Of a DNA stretch of 64,000 nt, positions 29,892-41,035 are shown in pieces (positions within the stretch are counted from its first letter, which is position 1; every line of letters begins with the position of its first letter). The notes under the pieces were generated by a model. It did no database searches. It saw only the letters and a program-made list of their open reading frames with translations, and was not told the origin of the DNA. This DNA comes from an uncultured Arcobacter sp. (GTDB lineage: Bacteria > Campylobacterota > Campylobacteria > Campylobacterales > Arcobacteraceae). The position numbers were made by a program, and so were the translations under genes. The stretch lies in NCBI GenBank assembly GCA_965140705.1, contig OZ223300.1:896001-960000 (forward strand). Reading direction: 5' to 3'.

Positions 29892-30925
29892 ATCTCCTTT
29901 ATTATATTTTTAATTTTCTCATTTGTTATTTTATCTAAAATTCTATGCTCAATTGCCTCAAGCATCATTTTCGAAGCTTGTTTTCTTGATAAGCCTCTTG
30001 ATTGTAAATAGTATAAAATATTTTCATCCAAACTACCTGTTGTTGCCCCATGACTTGCCGTTAATTCATCAATAAATATCTCAAGTCTTGGATTTGCATT
30101 TATCGTGGCATCATCACCTAAAAGTGTTGTTTGGGAGTTTTGTATTACACTTGAATTATTTGCTTCATTATTTACTCTAGCTTTTACTTCAAATATTCCA
30201 TGGGAATTTTCATCTAAAATATGGTTTGCCTTTACACTACTTGAGCTACTTTTAGCATTGTGAATTGTACTTACTATATTTGCTATTTCTTGTTTTTGTG
30301 CAATATTTGTTAAAGCTTCCATGTCAAAACTTGAATTCAAAAAGTTTAAATTTATATCAAACTGATTGTAAGCATTTAATGCTCCAAAATTAAAATTAAA
30401 AAATTTTAACTTTGAATCTTCACGAATGATAGGATTAAACTTAATACTTAAAAAGTCTTCCAAAGAGAGTTTTTGTAAATATACATACTCTACATTTGAT
30501 GAATTATTTATATCAAAATCTCTTTTTTGATTTATGAAGTTTTGTCTGTTATTTGAGATAAATAACTCAAATATTGTAACATCACTATTTTTATCAACTA
30601 TATATTTTAAATCTTTTTCAAAAATTGTACTTTCATCATCATAATAGTTTAGTATTACTATTGGATTTTTGCACTCTTTATTTATAATTATTGTATTCTC
30701 TTCAAGAGTTATATTGTCAATTAAATTTTGTTCTTTTATTTTCTCATTTGCAAAAAAGATTGTATTAAAATCTCCAAGTTTTAAAAAATCAAAATCAAAA
30801 CTTGACACATCTTTAAAACTATTTTCTTTAAATTCTAGTTCAGTGATATTTTTAACATTACACTTTCTAAACTCTTCAATTTTTTTATTTGCAATTGGGA
30901 AGTTTTTGATATCTAAATTTCTCAT
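29888..30925 (-). CDS. sufD: Fe-S assembly protein SufD
   Basis: NPRLEIFIDELTASHGAT and YLQSRGL; operon position. Confidence 0.92.
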   Translation of the reverse strand: MRNLDIKNFPIANKKIEEFRKCNVKNITELEFKENSFKDVSSFDFDFLKLGDFNTIFFANEKIKEQNLIDNITLEENTIIINKECKNPIVILNYYDDESTIFEKDLKYIVDKNSDVTIFELFISNNRQNFINQKRDFDINNSSNVEYVYLQKLSLEDFLSIKFNPIIREDSKLKFFNFNFGALNAYNQFDINLNFLNSSFDMEALTNIAQKQEIANIVSTIHNAKSSSSSVKANHILDENSHGIFEVKARVNNEANNSSVIQNSQTTLLGDDATINANPRLEIFIDELTASHGATTGSLDENILYYLQSRGLSRKQASKMMLEAIEHRILDKITNEKIKNIIKEI

Positions 30926-30926
30926 A

Positions 30927-31667
30927 TTACACTCCTATTGCTTCGTAACCTTTTTCTTGAATAGTCTCTGCCAATGAATAATCACCACTTTGAATAATTT
31001 TTCCATCTTTTAAAACATGTACAAAATCAGGTTTTATTGCTTCTAATAATTTATCATAATGTGTTATCATTAATACTGATCTATTACCATCAAGAAGTGA
31101 GTTTATACCATTTGCCACAAGTTTTATAGCATCTACATCTAATCCTGAGTCAATTTCATCAAGTAAAATTAAATCAGGTTTTAAAACCAATAGTTGCAAT
31201 AATTCATTTCTTTTTTTCTCACCACCACTAAAACCAGCATTTAGATCTCTTTTTAAAATCTTATTATCAATCCCAAATTCGGCTGTGATTGATTTTACCT
31301 CTTTTAGGAAACTAGCAGCATCAAGTTCTTCTAAACCTTGATACTCTCTTTTTGCATTAAGAGCTGATTTTAAAAAGTACATATTATTTACACCAGGAAC
31401 TTCAATAGGATTTTGAAAAGATAAAAATAGACCTTCATTTGCTCTTTCACTTGCATCAAGTTCTAATAAATTTTTACCATTGAATTCTACACTTCCTGAT
31501 GTTACTTCACATTCATAGTGGTCACATAAAGCTTTTACAATAGTTGATTTTCCAGCTCCATTTATTCCCATTAAAGCGTGAATTTCACCTTTTTTTATCT
31601 CTAAATTAAAATCTTTTATTATTTCATTATCTTCTATTTTTACATTTAAATTTTTTACTTTTAACAT
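30927..31667 (-). CDS. sufC: Fe-S assembly ATPase SufC
   Basis: Walker A GINGAGKS, FSGGEKKRNE and DEIDSGLD. Start moved to ATG 31667 (AAGGA RBS). Confidence 0.96.
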   Translation of the reverse strand: MLKVKNLNVKIEDNEIIKDFNLEIKKGEIHALMGINGAGKSTIVKALCDHYECEVTSGSVEFNGKNLLELDASERANEGLFLSFQNPIEVPGVNNMYFLKSALNAKREYQGLEELDAASFLKEVKSITAEFGIDNKILKRDLNAGFSGGEKKRNELLQLLVLKPDLILLDEIDSGLDVDAIKLVANGINSLLDGNRSVLMITHYDKLLEAIKPDFVHVLKDGKIIQSGDYSLAETIQEKGYEAIGV

Positions 31668-31794
31668 TTTACTTCCTTTAAAAATGTCCCATTTTTTAAG
31701 GGAACCTTTTTTTATATAATTTCTTTTATCGGTATGGTAAAGCCACAACTAAAGAAACAAACCCTAAAGGAGACAACGAGTTGTCTTCTCTTCT

Positions 31795-33228
31795 TTAACC
31801 AACACTACCTTCAAGTGAGATATTTAATAACTCTCTAGCTTCAACTGCAAACTCCATTGGAAGTTCATCAAGTACCTCTTTACAAAAACCATTTACTATT
31901 AAAGATACAGCATTTTCTTCACTTAAGCCCCTTTGTCTTATGTAAAAGAGTTGTTCATCAGATATTCTTGAGGTTGTAGCCTCATGCTCTATTTTTGAAC
32001 TTGCATTTCTTACCTCTTGATATGGATAAGTGTGTGCCGAACAGGTGTTTCCTATAAGTAAAGAGTCACATTGTGAAAAGTTTCTAGAATTTTTAGCATC
32101 CTTTGCAACTCTTACTAATCCTCTATAGGTATTTGAACCTTGCATAGCTGAAATACCTTTTGAGATAATAGTTGATTTTGTATTTTTACCTATGTGCATC
32201 ATTTTAGTTCCCGTATCTGCTTGTTGGGCAAGTGAAGTAAGTGCCACAGAGTAAAACTCTCCTACACTATTATCTCCTTTTAAAACACATGAAGGGTATT
32301 TCCAAGTAATAGCAGAACCAGTTTCAACTTGTGTCCAAGAAATTTTTGAATTATCACCTTTACAAATACCTCTTTTAGTCACAAAGTTTAAAATTCCACC
32401 TTTTCCATTTTTATCACCTGGATACCAGTTTTGAATAGTAGAATATTTTATTTGTGAATTTTTAAGGGCTACTAGTTCTACAACTGCTGCGTGAAGTTGT
32501 CTATTATCTCTCATTGGAGCAGAACAACCTTCATTATATGATACATAAGAATCATCATCACAAATTATTAATGTTCGCTCAAACTGTCCAGTATTTAAGG
32601 CATTTATTCTAAAATAAGTTGATAATTCCATTGGACATCTAGTTTTTGGTGGAATATATACAAAACTACCATCTGTAAAAACGGCACTGTTCAAACAGGC
32701 AAAATAGTTATCTCCTATTGGTACAACAGAAGCTAAATATTTTTTTAATAGTTCAGGATGTTTATTTGCAGCATCACTAATTGAACAGAATATTATTCCA
32801 AGTTCTTCTAACTCTTTGTGAAAAGTTGTTTTAACAGATACTGAATCAAATACAGCATCAACTGCAACTCCTGCTAACATCTTTTGCTCTTCCAATGGAA
32901 TACCTAGTTTTTCATAGGTTTGCAAAATACTAGGATCTACTTCATCTAAAGAGTTTAACTCTTTTTTTGGAGCAGAAAAGTATGAAATATCTTGGTAGTC
33001 TATTTTATCTATTTGTAAACTTGACCATTGGGGCTCTTCCATCGTAAGCCATTTTTTATATGCTTTTAAACGAAAATCACAAAGCCATTGTGGTTCATTT
33101 TTCTTTTTTGATATAGCTTTTATAACATCTTCATTCAAACCATTTGGAAATGTATCTGAATTTACAATGGTTTCAAAGCCTAATTTGTAATCATTTTTTA
33201 TAACATTTTGAATTTTATTATTACTCAT
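31795..33228 (-). CDS. sufB: Fe-S scaffold SufB
   Basis: [29 protein letters not shown] and C-terminal LEGSVG. Confidence 0.98.
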   Translation of the reverse strand: MSNNKIQNVIKNDYKLGFETIVNSDTFPNGLNEDVIKAISKKKNEPQWLCDFRLKAYKKWLTMEEPQWSSLQIDKIDYQDISYFSAPKKELNSLDEVDPSILQTYEKLGIPLEEQKMLAGVAVDAVFDSVSVKTTFHKELEELGIIFCSISDAANKHPELLKKYLASVVPIGDNYFACLNSAVFTDGSFVYIPPKTRCPMELSTYFRINALNTGQFERTLIICDDDSYVSYNEGCSAPMRDNRQLHAAVVELVALKNSQIKYSTIQNWYPGDKNGKGGILNFVTKRGICKGDNSKISWTQVETGSAITWKYPSCVLKGDNSVGEFYSVALTSLAQQADTGTKMMHIGKNTKSTIISKGISAMQGSNTYRGLVRVAKDAKNSRNFSQCDSLLIGNTCSAHTYPYQEVRNASSKIEHEATTSRISDEQLFYIRQRGLSEENAVSLIVNGFCKEVLDELPMEFAVEARELLNISLEGSVG

Positions 33229-33243
33229 AGTCTCTCCAATTTT

Positions 33244-33268
33244 AAATAGGACTAAAAATGTCCTATTT
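33244..33268. promoter_or_regulatory. Perfect palindromic operator AAATAGGAC-N7-GTCCTATTT upstream of sufB
   Basis: 9-7-9 perfect inverted repeat 15 nt from the sufB start codon. Confidence 0.75.
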
Positions 33269-33379
33269 GTAAATTTAACATATATATATTAATTAGTTGT
33301 TTAGTAATTTATATAACTTTATCTTTTAATATTGAATTAAACTAAGAGTTTATTATAAATTAATTTAGCTATTTAAATT

Positions 33380-33404
33380 AATTAAGACAAATTTTATCCT
33401 ATTT
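33380..33404. promoter_or_regulatory. Second, degenerate copy of the operator, upstream of nifS
   Basis: AATTAAGAC-AAATTTT-ATCCTATTT with the same spacing, 4 nt before TATAAT at 33409-33414. Confidence 0.6.
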
Positions 33405-33446
33405 CTTTTATAATTCCAAAAAAAGTATAAAAAAGCTATAATTTCA

Positions 33447-33462
33447 CGGAATAGCATTTGCA
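33447..33462 (+). promoter_or_regulatory. Candidate sigma54 (-24/-12) promoter of nifS
   Basis: CGGAAT-AGCAT-TTGCA has exact GG-N10-GC spacing. Confidence 0.45.
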
Positions 33463-33490
33463 TATGAATTAAGAAAAAGATAGGAATTAA

Positions 33491-34684
<1,194 letters not shown>

Positions 34685-34746
34685 TAAAAAGTAAATAAAA
34701 ATAAAATCAGTCCCTTTTTCAAGGGGATATTTAAAAAGGATATAAA

Positions 34747-35727
34747 ATGGCTAAAAATGATTTAATAAGTGGTTCAATTTGGGATGAATACTCAAACCAA
34801 GTAATAAGAAGAATGGATGATCCAACTCATCAAGGTGAAATCACAGAAGAGATGGCTAAAGAAGCTGGTGGAAAATTAATCGTTGCAGATTTTGGAGCTG
34901 AATCATGTGGTGATGCCGTAAGATTATATTGGGTTGTTAATGAATCAAATGATGTAATTGTAGACTCAAGATTTAAATCTTTTGGATGTGGAACTGCAAT
35001 CGCTTCTTCTGATGTTATGGCTGAATTATGTATTGGAAAAACTGTTGATGAAGCAATTAAAATTACAAATATTGATGTTGAAAAAGCATTAAGAGATCAT
35101 CCAGATGTTCCTGCTGTACCACCTCAAAAAATGCACTGTTCTGTTATGGCATATGATGTTATTAAAAAAGCTGCATCAACATATAAAGGTGTTGATATGG
35201 AGACTTTAGAATCAGAAATTATAGTTTGTGAATGTGCAAGGGTTTCATTAGCAACTTTACAAGAAGTTATCAAATTAAATAATTTACAAACTGTTGAAGA
35301 AGTAACTGATTATACTAAAGCTGGTGCATTTTGTAAATCATGTATTAAACCAGGTGGACATGAAGCAAAAGATATTTATTTAGTAGATATTTTAAAAGAT
35401 GTTCATGCTGAAATGGAACATGATAAATTAAAACAAGCAGCAGATGCAAGTGCTGCAGGACAATCAACTTTTGATAAAATGACAATTGTACAAAGAATCA
35501 AAACGATTGATGATATATTAGATGGTGAAATCAGACCAATGCTTGCAATGGATGGTGGAAATATGGAAATTATTGATATTAAAGAAAATACTCCACATTA
35601 TGATATTTATATTAGATACTTAGGTGCATGTTCAGGATGTGCGTCTGGAGATACTGGAACACTTTACGCAATTGAGTCTGTATTAAAACAAAAAGTAGAT
35701 GAAAATATTAGAGTTTTACCAATTTAA
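34747..35727 (+). CDS. nifU: Fe-S scaffold NifU (IscU-like + BFD-like + Nfu domains)
   Basis: CGD, FGCG, KMHCS; CEC...CKSC; DGG...GACSGC. Confidence 0.96.
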   Translation: MAKNDLISGSIWDEYSNQVIRRMDDPTHQGEITEEMAKEAGGKLIVADFGAESCGDAVRLYWVVNESNDVIVDSRFKSFGCGTAIASSDVMAELCIGKTVDEAIKITNIDVEKALRDHPDVPAVPPQKMHCSVMAYDVIKKAASTYKGVDMETLESEIIVCECARVSLATLQEVIKLNNLQTVEEVTDYTKAGAFCKSCIKPGGHEAKDIYLVDILKDVHAEMEHDKLKQAADASAAGQSTFDKMTIVQRIKTIDDILDGEIRPMLAMDGGNMEIIDIKENTPHYDIYIRYLGACSGCASGDTGTLYAIESVLKQKVDENIRVLPI

Positions 35728-35747
35728 TCTAAATTGAGATATAAATT

Positions 35748-35780
35748 AAAAGGGGGAAAGATTTTTCTTTTCCCCTTTTT
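35748..35780. terminator. Bidirectional intrinsic terminator
   Basis: AAAAGGGGGAAAG-ATTTTT-CTTTTCCCCTTTTT between convergent genes. Confidence 0.85.
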
Positions 35781-37267
35781 TAGTATTTAATATATACTGT
35801 TTTTGTAGTAGTATAAAAATCACTTGCAGTATAAGATTTTTCTCTTGAACCATAAGATGAACTTTTTCTACCACCAAATGGAACATGATTATCCATACCA
35901 GCTGTTGGAAGATTTATCATTACATTTCCTATTTCTGCATCATGTTTAAATTGCATAGATTTTTTTAAATCATTTGTAATAATTCCACCTGATAATCCAA
36001 ACTCTGTATCATTTAATACTTCTATAGCTTCATCATAATCTTTTACTTTTATTACACAAGCAATAGCTGCAAACATCTCTTCTTGATTTATTCTCATAGA
36101 AGATTTTCCATCTACAAATAGGGCAGGTGAGAAATAATATCCTTGGGTATCAGTTTTTATAGCTTCTCCTCCACAAACTAAAGTAGCTCCTTCTTCTTTT
36201 CCAAGTTTGATATACTCTAAGTTAGCATCTAATTGTTTTTTGTCAATACAAGGTCCAATTTGACTTGATGGATTCATAGCATTTCCTACAACTAATGATT
36301 GCATTTTATTTTTAAAAGCACTTATAAACTCTTCATAAATACCTTCTGTAACAATTAGTTTTGAACAAGAAGTACATTTTTGACCATTTGCATTGTATGC
36401 TCCTTTTATAGAAGCTTCAACTGCTGTATTAATATCTGCATCATCAAGTATTATAAGTGAATTTTTACTTCCCATTTCTAATTGTAATTTAGTCATAGAA
36501 TCGATTGATTTTTTTGCAAGTTCTTTTCCAACAGCAACTGATCCTGTAAAAGTAATACCTTGCACTTTTTTAGATTGTGCTAAAGTATCACCTATTACTC
36601 CACCTTGTCCAAATACTAGTGAGAATACACCTTTTGGTAATTTTGTTGAGTCAATTATTTTAGCTAATATATGTGCAATAGCAGGAGTATTACTAGAAGG
36701 TTTTAATATCACACTATTTCCATAAGCTAAGGCAGGAGCTATTTTCCAAGCTGGAATAGCTAAAGGATAATTCCAAGGTGTAATAATGCCAATTACACCT
36801 ATTGGTTCATGGATTACTTCTATATCAACATTTTCTCTAGGTGAATCCATAAAAGCACCTTTCATTCTAATTGCTTCTGCTGCAAAATAATTAAAAAATT
36901 CAGCAGATTTTACAACTTCATCTGTTGCTTCTTTTATTGGTTTTCCAGCTTCCCTTGCAATTATTTCACCATAATAATCTTTATTTTCAAGTAGTTTTTC
37001 TGCAATATCTTTTAATATTTCTTCTCTTAAAGAAATTGAAGATTTTGCCCAATATTTTTGTACTTCTGAAGCAAAATCAATTGTTTGTGAAATGTGTTCA
37101 TAACTTCCTTTATAATAAGTAGAGACTAAATCTGTAACATCAGAAGGATTTATATTTTTAGAAATTTCATCACTCTTTCTCCATTCTCCACATATAAGAT
37201 TTTTCATTGGTTCATTTACATTGATTTCCAAATTATTAGTTTTTATAATTTTATTTATATTTTTCAT
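35780..37267 (-). CDS. NAD(P)-dependent aldehyde dehydrogenase
   Basis: ITPWNYP, KPS, FTGS, LEMGSKN, GQKCTS, EEMF and PFGG. Substrate unknown. Confidence 0.94.
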   Translation of the reverse strand: MKNINKIIKTNNLEINVNEPMKNLICGEWRKSDEISKNINPSDVTDLVSTYYKGSYEHISQTIDFASEVQKYWAKSSISLREEILKDIAEKLLENKDYYGEIIAREAGKPIKEATDEVVKSAEFFNYFAAEAIRMKGAFMDSPRENVDIEVIHEPIGVIGIITPWNYPLAIPAWKIAPALAYGNSVILKPSSNTPAIAHILAKIIDSTKLPKGVFSLVFGQGGVIGDTLAQSKKVQGITFTGSVAVGKELAKKSIDSMTKLQLEMGSKNSLIILDDADINTAVEASIKGAYNANGQKCTSCSKLIVTEGIYEEFISAFKNKMQSLVVGNAMNPSSQIGPCIDKKQLDANLEYIKLGKEEGATLVCGGEAIKTDTQGYYFSPALFVDGKSSMRINQEEMFAAIACVIKVKDYDEAIEVLNDTEFGLSGGIITNDLKKSMQFKHDAEIGNVMINLPTAGMDNHVPFGGRKSSSYGSREKSYTASDFYTTTKTVYIKY

Positions 37268-37285
37268 TATTTCCCCTTAATATTA

Positions 37286-37343
37286 TTATAACATTATAAT
37301 GACTTTAAACTTATGTCAAACTTAAAGATTATAATGTTATAAC
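37286..37343. promoter_or_regulatory. Pair of inverted TTATAACATTATAAT operator boxes upstream of the ALDH gene
   Basis: 37286-37300 and 37328-37342 are perfect 15-bp reverse complements. The second overlaps TGTTATAACA, which matches the HutC-subfamily GT-N-TA-N-AC pattern. Confidence 0.7.
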
Positions 37344-37367
37344 AAATTTTGGAAAAGAAATATTTAT

Positions 37368-37395
37368 TTTAAAGATGAATGAAATCATCTTTAAA
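37368..37395 (-). terminator. Terminator after glpK
   Basis: TTTAAAGATGA-ATGAAA-TCATCTTTAAA hairpin. Confidence 0.65.
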
Positions 37396-37399
37396 TTTG

Positions 37400-38920
37400 T
37401 TAGATTTGGTTTGATTTTTTTGAAAGAGTTCTTTGTACAGCGTCTTTCCAACCTGCATATAAGTCATATCTTTTTTCTTCATTAATAGTAGGTTTGAATT
37501 CTTTCTCTAACTTCCAGGCTTTTGAAAATTCATTTTTTGAAGGATAAAATCCTGCTTTCATTCCTGCAAGCCAAGCAACACCTAGTGCAGTTGTTTCAAG
37601 TATTTCAGGTCTATCAACTGAAGTTCCTAACATATCAGATAAGAATTGAACAGTATAATCTGAAGCTGACATTCCCCCATCTATTCTTAAAACAGAGTTT
37701 TTAGCATAATCAATGCATTCTCCAAAATTATTCCAATCACTATACATAGCTTCTAATAAATCTTTTGTTTGATAGGCAACACTTTCTAATGCTGCTTTTG
37801 CAAAATCTTCTGGTCCTGTATTTCTTGTAAGACCATAAATAGCACCTCTACATTGAGTATCCCAATAGGGTGCAGCAAGTCCTGTAAAGGCAGGTACAAA
37901 ATAGAGTTGTTCGTTTGGATCAGCTTTTAAAGCTAGTTCTTGAGCCTCTTTTGCATTTTTTATGATTTTTAAGCCATCTCTTAACCATTGAACAACAGCA
38001 CCAGCAATAAAAATTGAACCTTCTAAGGCATAAGTTGTTTGTCCATTAAATCTATAAGCAATAGTTGTAAGTAGCCTATTTTTTGAAAGAATCATATTTG
38101 AACCAATATTTAAAATAGCAAAACATCCAGTTCCATAAGTGGATTTAACCATTCCAGGTTCAAAACAAGCTTGTCCTATAAGTGCAGATTGTTGATCACC
38201 TGCAACACCATTTATTGGAATTTCTTTTCCTAGATGTTCTTTATCAATATTTGCAAAATCATCTGCACAATCTTTAACTTCAGGTAACATATCCATTGGA
38301 ATATCTAAAAGAGTACAAATTTCTTTGTCCCATTCATTTGTATTTATATTATATAGCATTGTTCTTGCGGCATTTGTAGCATCAGTTACATGGTTTTTTT
38401 TATTACTTAATTTCCAAATTAAAAAAGTGTCAACTGTTCCAAATAATAAATCTCCATTAAGAGCTTTTTCTTTAGCACCATCTACATTTTCTAAAATCCA
38501 TTTTAATTTCATAGCTGAAAAATAAGGATCAAATAGTAAACCAGTCTTTTCTCGAATCATCTTCTCATGTCCCGCTTTTTTAAAGACGTCACACTCTTTT
38601 GATGTTCTTCTATCTTGCCATACAATTGCATTATAAATTGCTTCTCCTGTATGTTTATCCCATACAACAGTTGTCTCTCTTTGATTAGTTATTCCAATAG
38701 ATACAATATCTTCAATCTTTGCATTTGCTTCTTTTAATACATTTTTACAACTATTAAGAACTGTATTAAATAAATCTTCAGGATTATGTTCTACCCAACC
38801 AGAATGAGGAAAATATTGAGGAAACTCTTCTTGAGATATTTTCTCAATTTTCATCTCTTTGTTAAATAAAATTGCTCTACTTGAAGTTGTACCTTGATCT
38901 ATTGATAGTATGTATTTCAT
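37400..38920 (-). CDS. glpK: Glycerol kinase
   Basis: [33 protein letters not shown] and YALEGS. Confidence 0.97.
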   Translation of the reverse strand: MKYILSIDQGTTSSRAILFNKEMKIEKISQEEFPQYFPHSGWVEHNPEDLFNTVLNSCKNVLKEANAKIEDIVSIGITNQRETTVVWDKHTGEAIYNAIVWQDRRTSKECDVFKKAGHEKMIREKTGLLFDPYFSAMKLKWILENVDGAKEKALNGDLLFGTVDTFLIWKLSNKKNHVTDATNAARTMLYNINTNEWDKEICTLLDIPMDMLPEVKDCADDFANIDKEHLGKEIPINGVAGDQQSALIGQACFEPGMVKSTYGTGCFAILNIGSNMILSKNRLLTTIAYRFNGQTTYALEGSIFIAGAVVQWLRDGLKIIKNAKEAQELALKADPNEQLYFVPAFTGLAAPYWDTQCRGAIYGLTRNTGPEDFAKAALESVAYQTKDLLEAMYSDWNNFGECIDYAKNSVLRIDGGMSASDYTVQFLSDMLGTSVDRPEILETTALGVAWLAGMKAGFYPSKNEFSKAWKLEKEFKPTINEEKRYDLYAGWKDAVQRTLSKKSNQI

Positions 38921-38938
38921 TTATTCTCACTTTAGAGT

Positions 38939-38969
38939 AACAAAAGTTGAGAAATTCTCAACTTTTGTT
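38939..38969 (-). terminator. Long hairpin between the substrate-binding gene and glpK (terminator or mRNA stabiliser)
   Basis: AACAAAAGTTGAGAA-A-TTCTCAACTTTTGTT perfect inverted repeat. Confidence 0.7.
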
Positions 38970-38982
38970 TAGATTTATAAAA

Positions 38983-40680
38983 TTATTTCCAAGATTTGAT
39001 TAATTCATCATAAGAAATAGTTACTGGTGTTGGTTTTTCATTAGCTAGTTTAGGTTTTGGAGCACCTGGTTGTTCTAGCCAATATTCAGCAGTTCTTTTT
39101 TTATTAAGTTTTGGTCCCATATCACCTTGGATACCAGCTCTTTCAATTCTTGAAAGAATTTTCTCTTGAGCTAAACATAAAGAATCTAAAGCAGCTTGTG
39201 CTGTTTTTGCACCTGATGAAGCATCACCAATATTTTGCCACCATAATTGTGCCAATTTTGGATAATCTGGTACATTTGTTCCAGTTGGAGTCCATTGTGT
39301 TTTTGCAGGAGATCTGTAAAATTCAATTAAACCACCAAGTTTTGGAGCTCTTTTTGTAAATGATTTATCAAAAATTGTTGATTTTCTAATAAATGTTAAA
39401 CCAACTTGTGATTTTTTCACATCAACTGTTTTTGAAGTTACAAATTGCGCATATAACCAAGCAGCTTGAGCTCTTTTTACAGGAGTTGATTTCATTAAAG
39501 TCCAAGAACCAACATCTTGATAACCAACTTTCATACCTTTTTTCCAATAAGCACCATGTGGTGATGGAGCCATTCTCCATTTTGGAGTACCATCTGCATT
39601 AACAACTGGAAGACCTTTTTTTACCATATCTGCTGTAAAAGCTGTATACCAGAAAGCTTGTTGTGCAACTTCACCTTGTGCAGGAACAGGTCCCGCTTCA
39701 GAGAATACCATACCAGCAGCACTTGGTGGAGCATAACTTTTCAACCATTTAATATATTTTTCTATAGAATAAACAGCAGCTGGTGAGTTTGTAGCTCCCC
39801 CTCTATCCATACAAGAACCAACTGGTTGAGATTTATCATTTACTCTAATTCCCCATTCATCTACTGGAAGTCCATTTGGTAAACCAGGGTCACCCTCTCC
39901 AGCCATTGACAACCAAGCATCTGTAAATCTCCATCCTAAAGATGGATCTTTTTTACCATAATCCATATGACCATAAACTTTTTTACCATCAATTACTCTT
40001 CCTGTAAAGAATTCTGCAATATCTTCATATGCAGACCAGTTAACAGGAACCCCTAAGTCATAACCATATTTTGCTTTAAAATCAGCCATATTTTTTGGGT
40101 CTGTGAACCAATCATATCTAAACCAATAAAGGTTAGCGAATTGTTGATCTGGCAACTGATATAGTTTTCCATCAGGAGCAGTTGTAAAAGATAATCCAAT
40201 AAAATCTTTTAAATCTAAATTTGGATTAGTAACAGATTTCCCATCACCTTTCATCCAATCAGTTAAATTTCTAACTTGTTTATATCTCCAATGAGTACCA
40301 ATCAAATCAGAATCATTTACATAAGCATCATAAATATTTTGTCCAGTTTGCATTTGTGTTTGAAGTTTCTCAATAACATCACCTTCCCCAATGACATCAT
40401 GAATTACTTTTATACCTGTAATATCGTAAAATGCTTTTGCTAAAGTTTTACTCTCATATGCATGAGTTGTAAGACTCTCAGATACAACTTTTATAGTCAT
40501 ACCTTTATATGGTTTTGCTGCATTTTGAAACCAAGTAAGCTCATCTTTTTGTTGAGCTTTAGTAAGTGATGATGGTTGGAACTCATCTATCCACTTATTC
40601 ATATCTGCACTAAAGGCATAACTACTTAGTCCGAACATTCCTACTACAAGTGAAGTAGTAATCTTATTTTTAATTTTCAT
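38983..40680 (-). CDS. glpV: Glycerol ABC transporter substrate-binding protein (Rhizobium GlpV type)
   Basis: Signal peptide and large CUT1-type SBP (NDSDLIGTH, DQQFANLYWFRYDWF). Synteny matches glpSTPQUVK. Confidence 0.85.
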   Translation of the reverse strand: MKIKNKITTSLVVGMFGLSSYAFSADMNKWIDEFQPSSLTKAQQKDELTWFQNAAKPYKGMTIKVVSESLTTHAYESKTLAKAFYDITGIKVIHDVIGEGDVIEKLQTQMQTGQNIYDAYVNDSDLIGTHWRYKQVRNLTDWMKGDGKSVTNPNLDLKDFIGLSFTTAPDGKLYQLPDQQFANLYWFRYDWFTDPKNMADFKAKYGYDLGVPVNWSAYEDIAEFFTGRVIDGKKVYGHMDYGKKDPSLGWRFTDAWLSMAGEGDPGLPNGLPVDEWGIRVNDKSQPVGSCMDRGGATNSPAAVYSIEKYIKWLKSYAPPSAAGMVFSEAGPVPAQGEVAQQAFWYTAFTADMVKKGLPVVNADGTPKWRMAPSPHGAYWKKGMKVGYQDVGSWTLMKSTPVKRAQAAWLYAQFVTSKTVDVKKSQVGLTFIRKSTIFDKSFTKRAPKLGGLIEFYRSPAKTQWTPTGTNVPDYPKLAQLWWQNIGDASSGAKTAQAALDSLCLAQEKILSRIERAGIQGDMGPKLNKKRTAEYWLEQPGAPKPKLANEKPTPVTISYDELIKSWK

Positions 40681-40745
40681 TCTTTTCCCCTTCTTAAGTT
40701 AAATTGTTATAGCTAAAATATAATCTAACGATTATTTTAGTATTT

Positions 40746-41024
40746 TTATACCCAGCGAAAAACTGCTATAGCATAAAAAAGACAAAGAACCATTCCCCCA
40801 TAAATTGGAGTACCAAACACTGCTAAATAGCCAAGGCAAATAAATGCCGAGCCTAAAAGACTAAGAAAAAGTCGATCACCAGGAGTGGTTTTTATACGTA
40901 AAATTCCTACTCTTGGTGCCTGTGGCCATTTAATGGCCCAGATAGTCATGATTATAAGTGCAACAAAGATACAAATGAAAAATATTGCAGTTCCAGTTGT
41001 CCAAGCCATCCATGATAAATTCAC
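40746..41024 (-). CDS. glpU: Small membrane protein DUF2160 (GlpU type)
   Basis: WMAWT..TA.FF and T.GDRLF.SLLGSAFI; GTG start with GGAGG RBS. Confidence 0.85.
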   Translation of the reverse strand: MNLSWMAWTTGTAIFFICIFVALIIMTIWAIKWPQAPRVGILRIKTTPGDRLFLSLLGSAFICLGYLAVFGTPIYGGMVLCLFYAIAVFRWV

Positions 41025-41035
41025 ACTATACCTCC

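Noticed and set aside
31668..31748. N-terminal extension of SufC from the ORF track
   Set aside because: It runs through a structured spacer, and ATG 31667 has a proper RBS and a typical MLKVKNL start.
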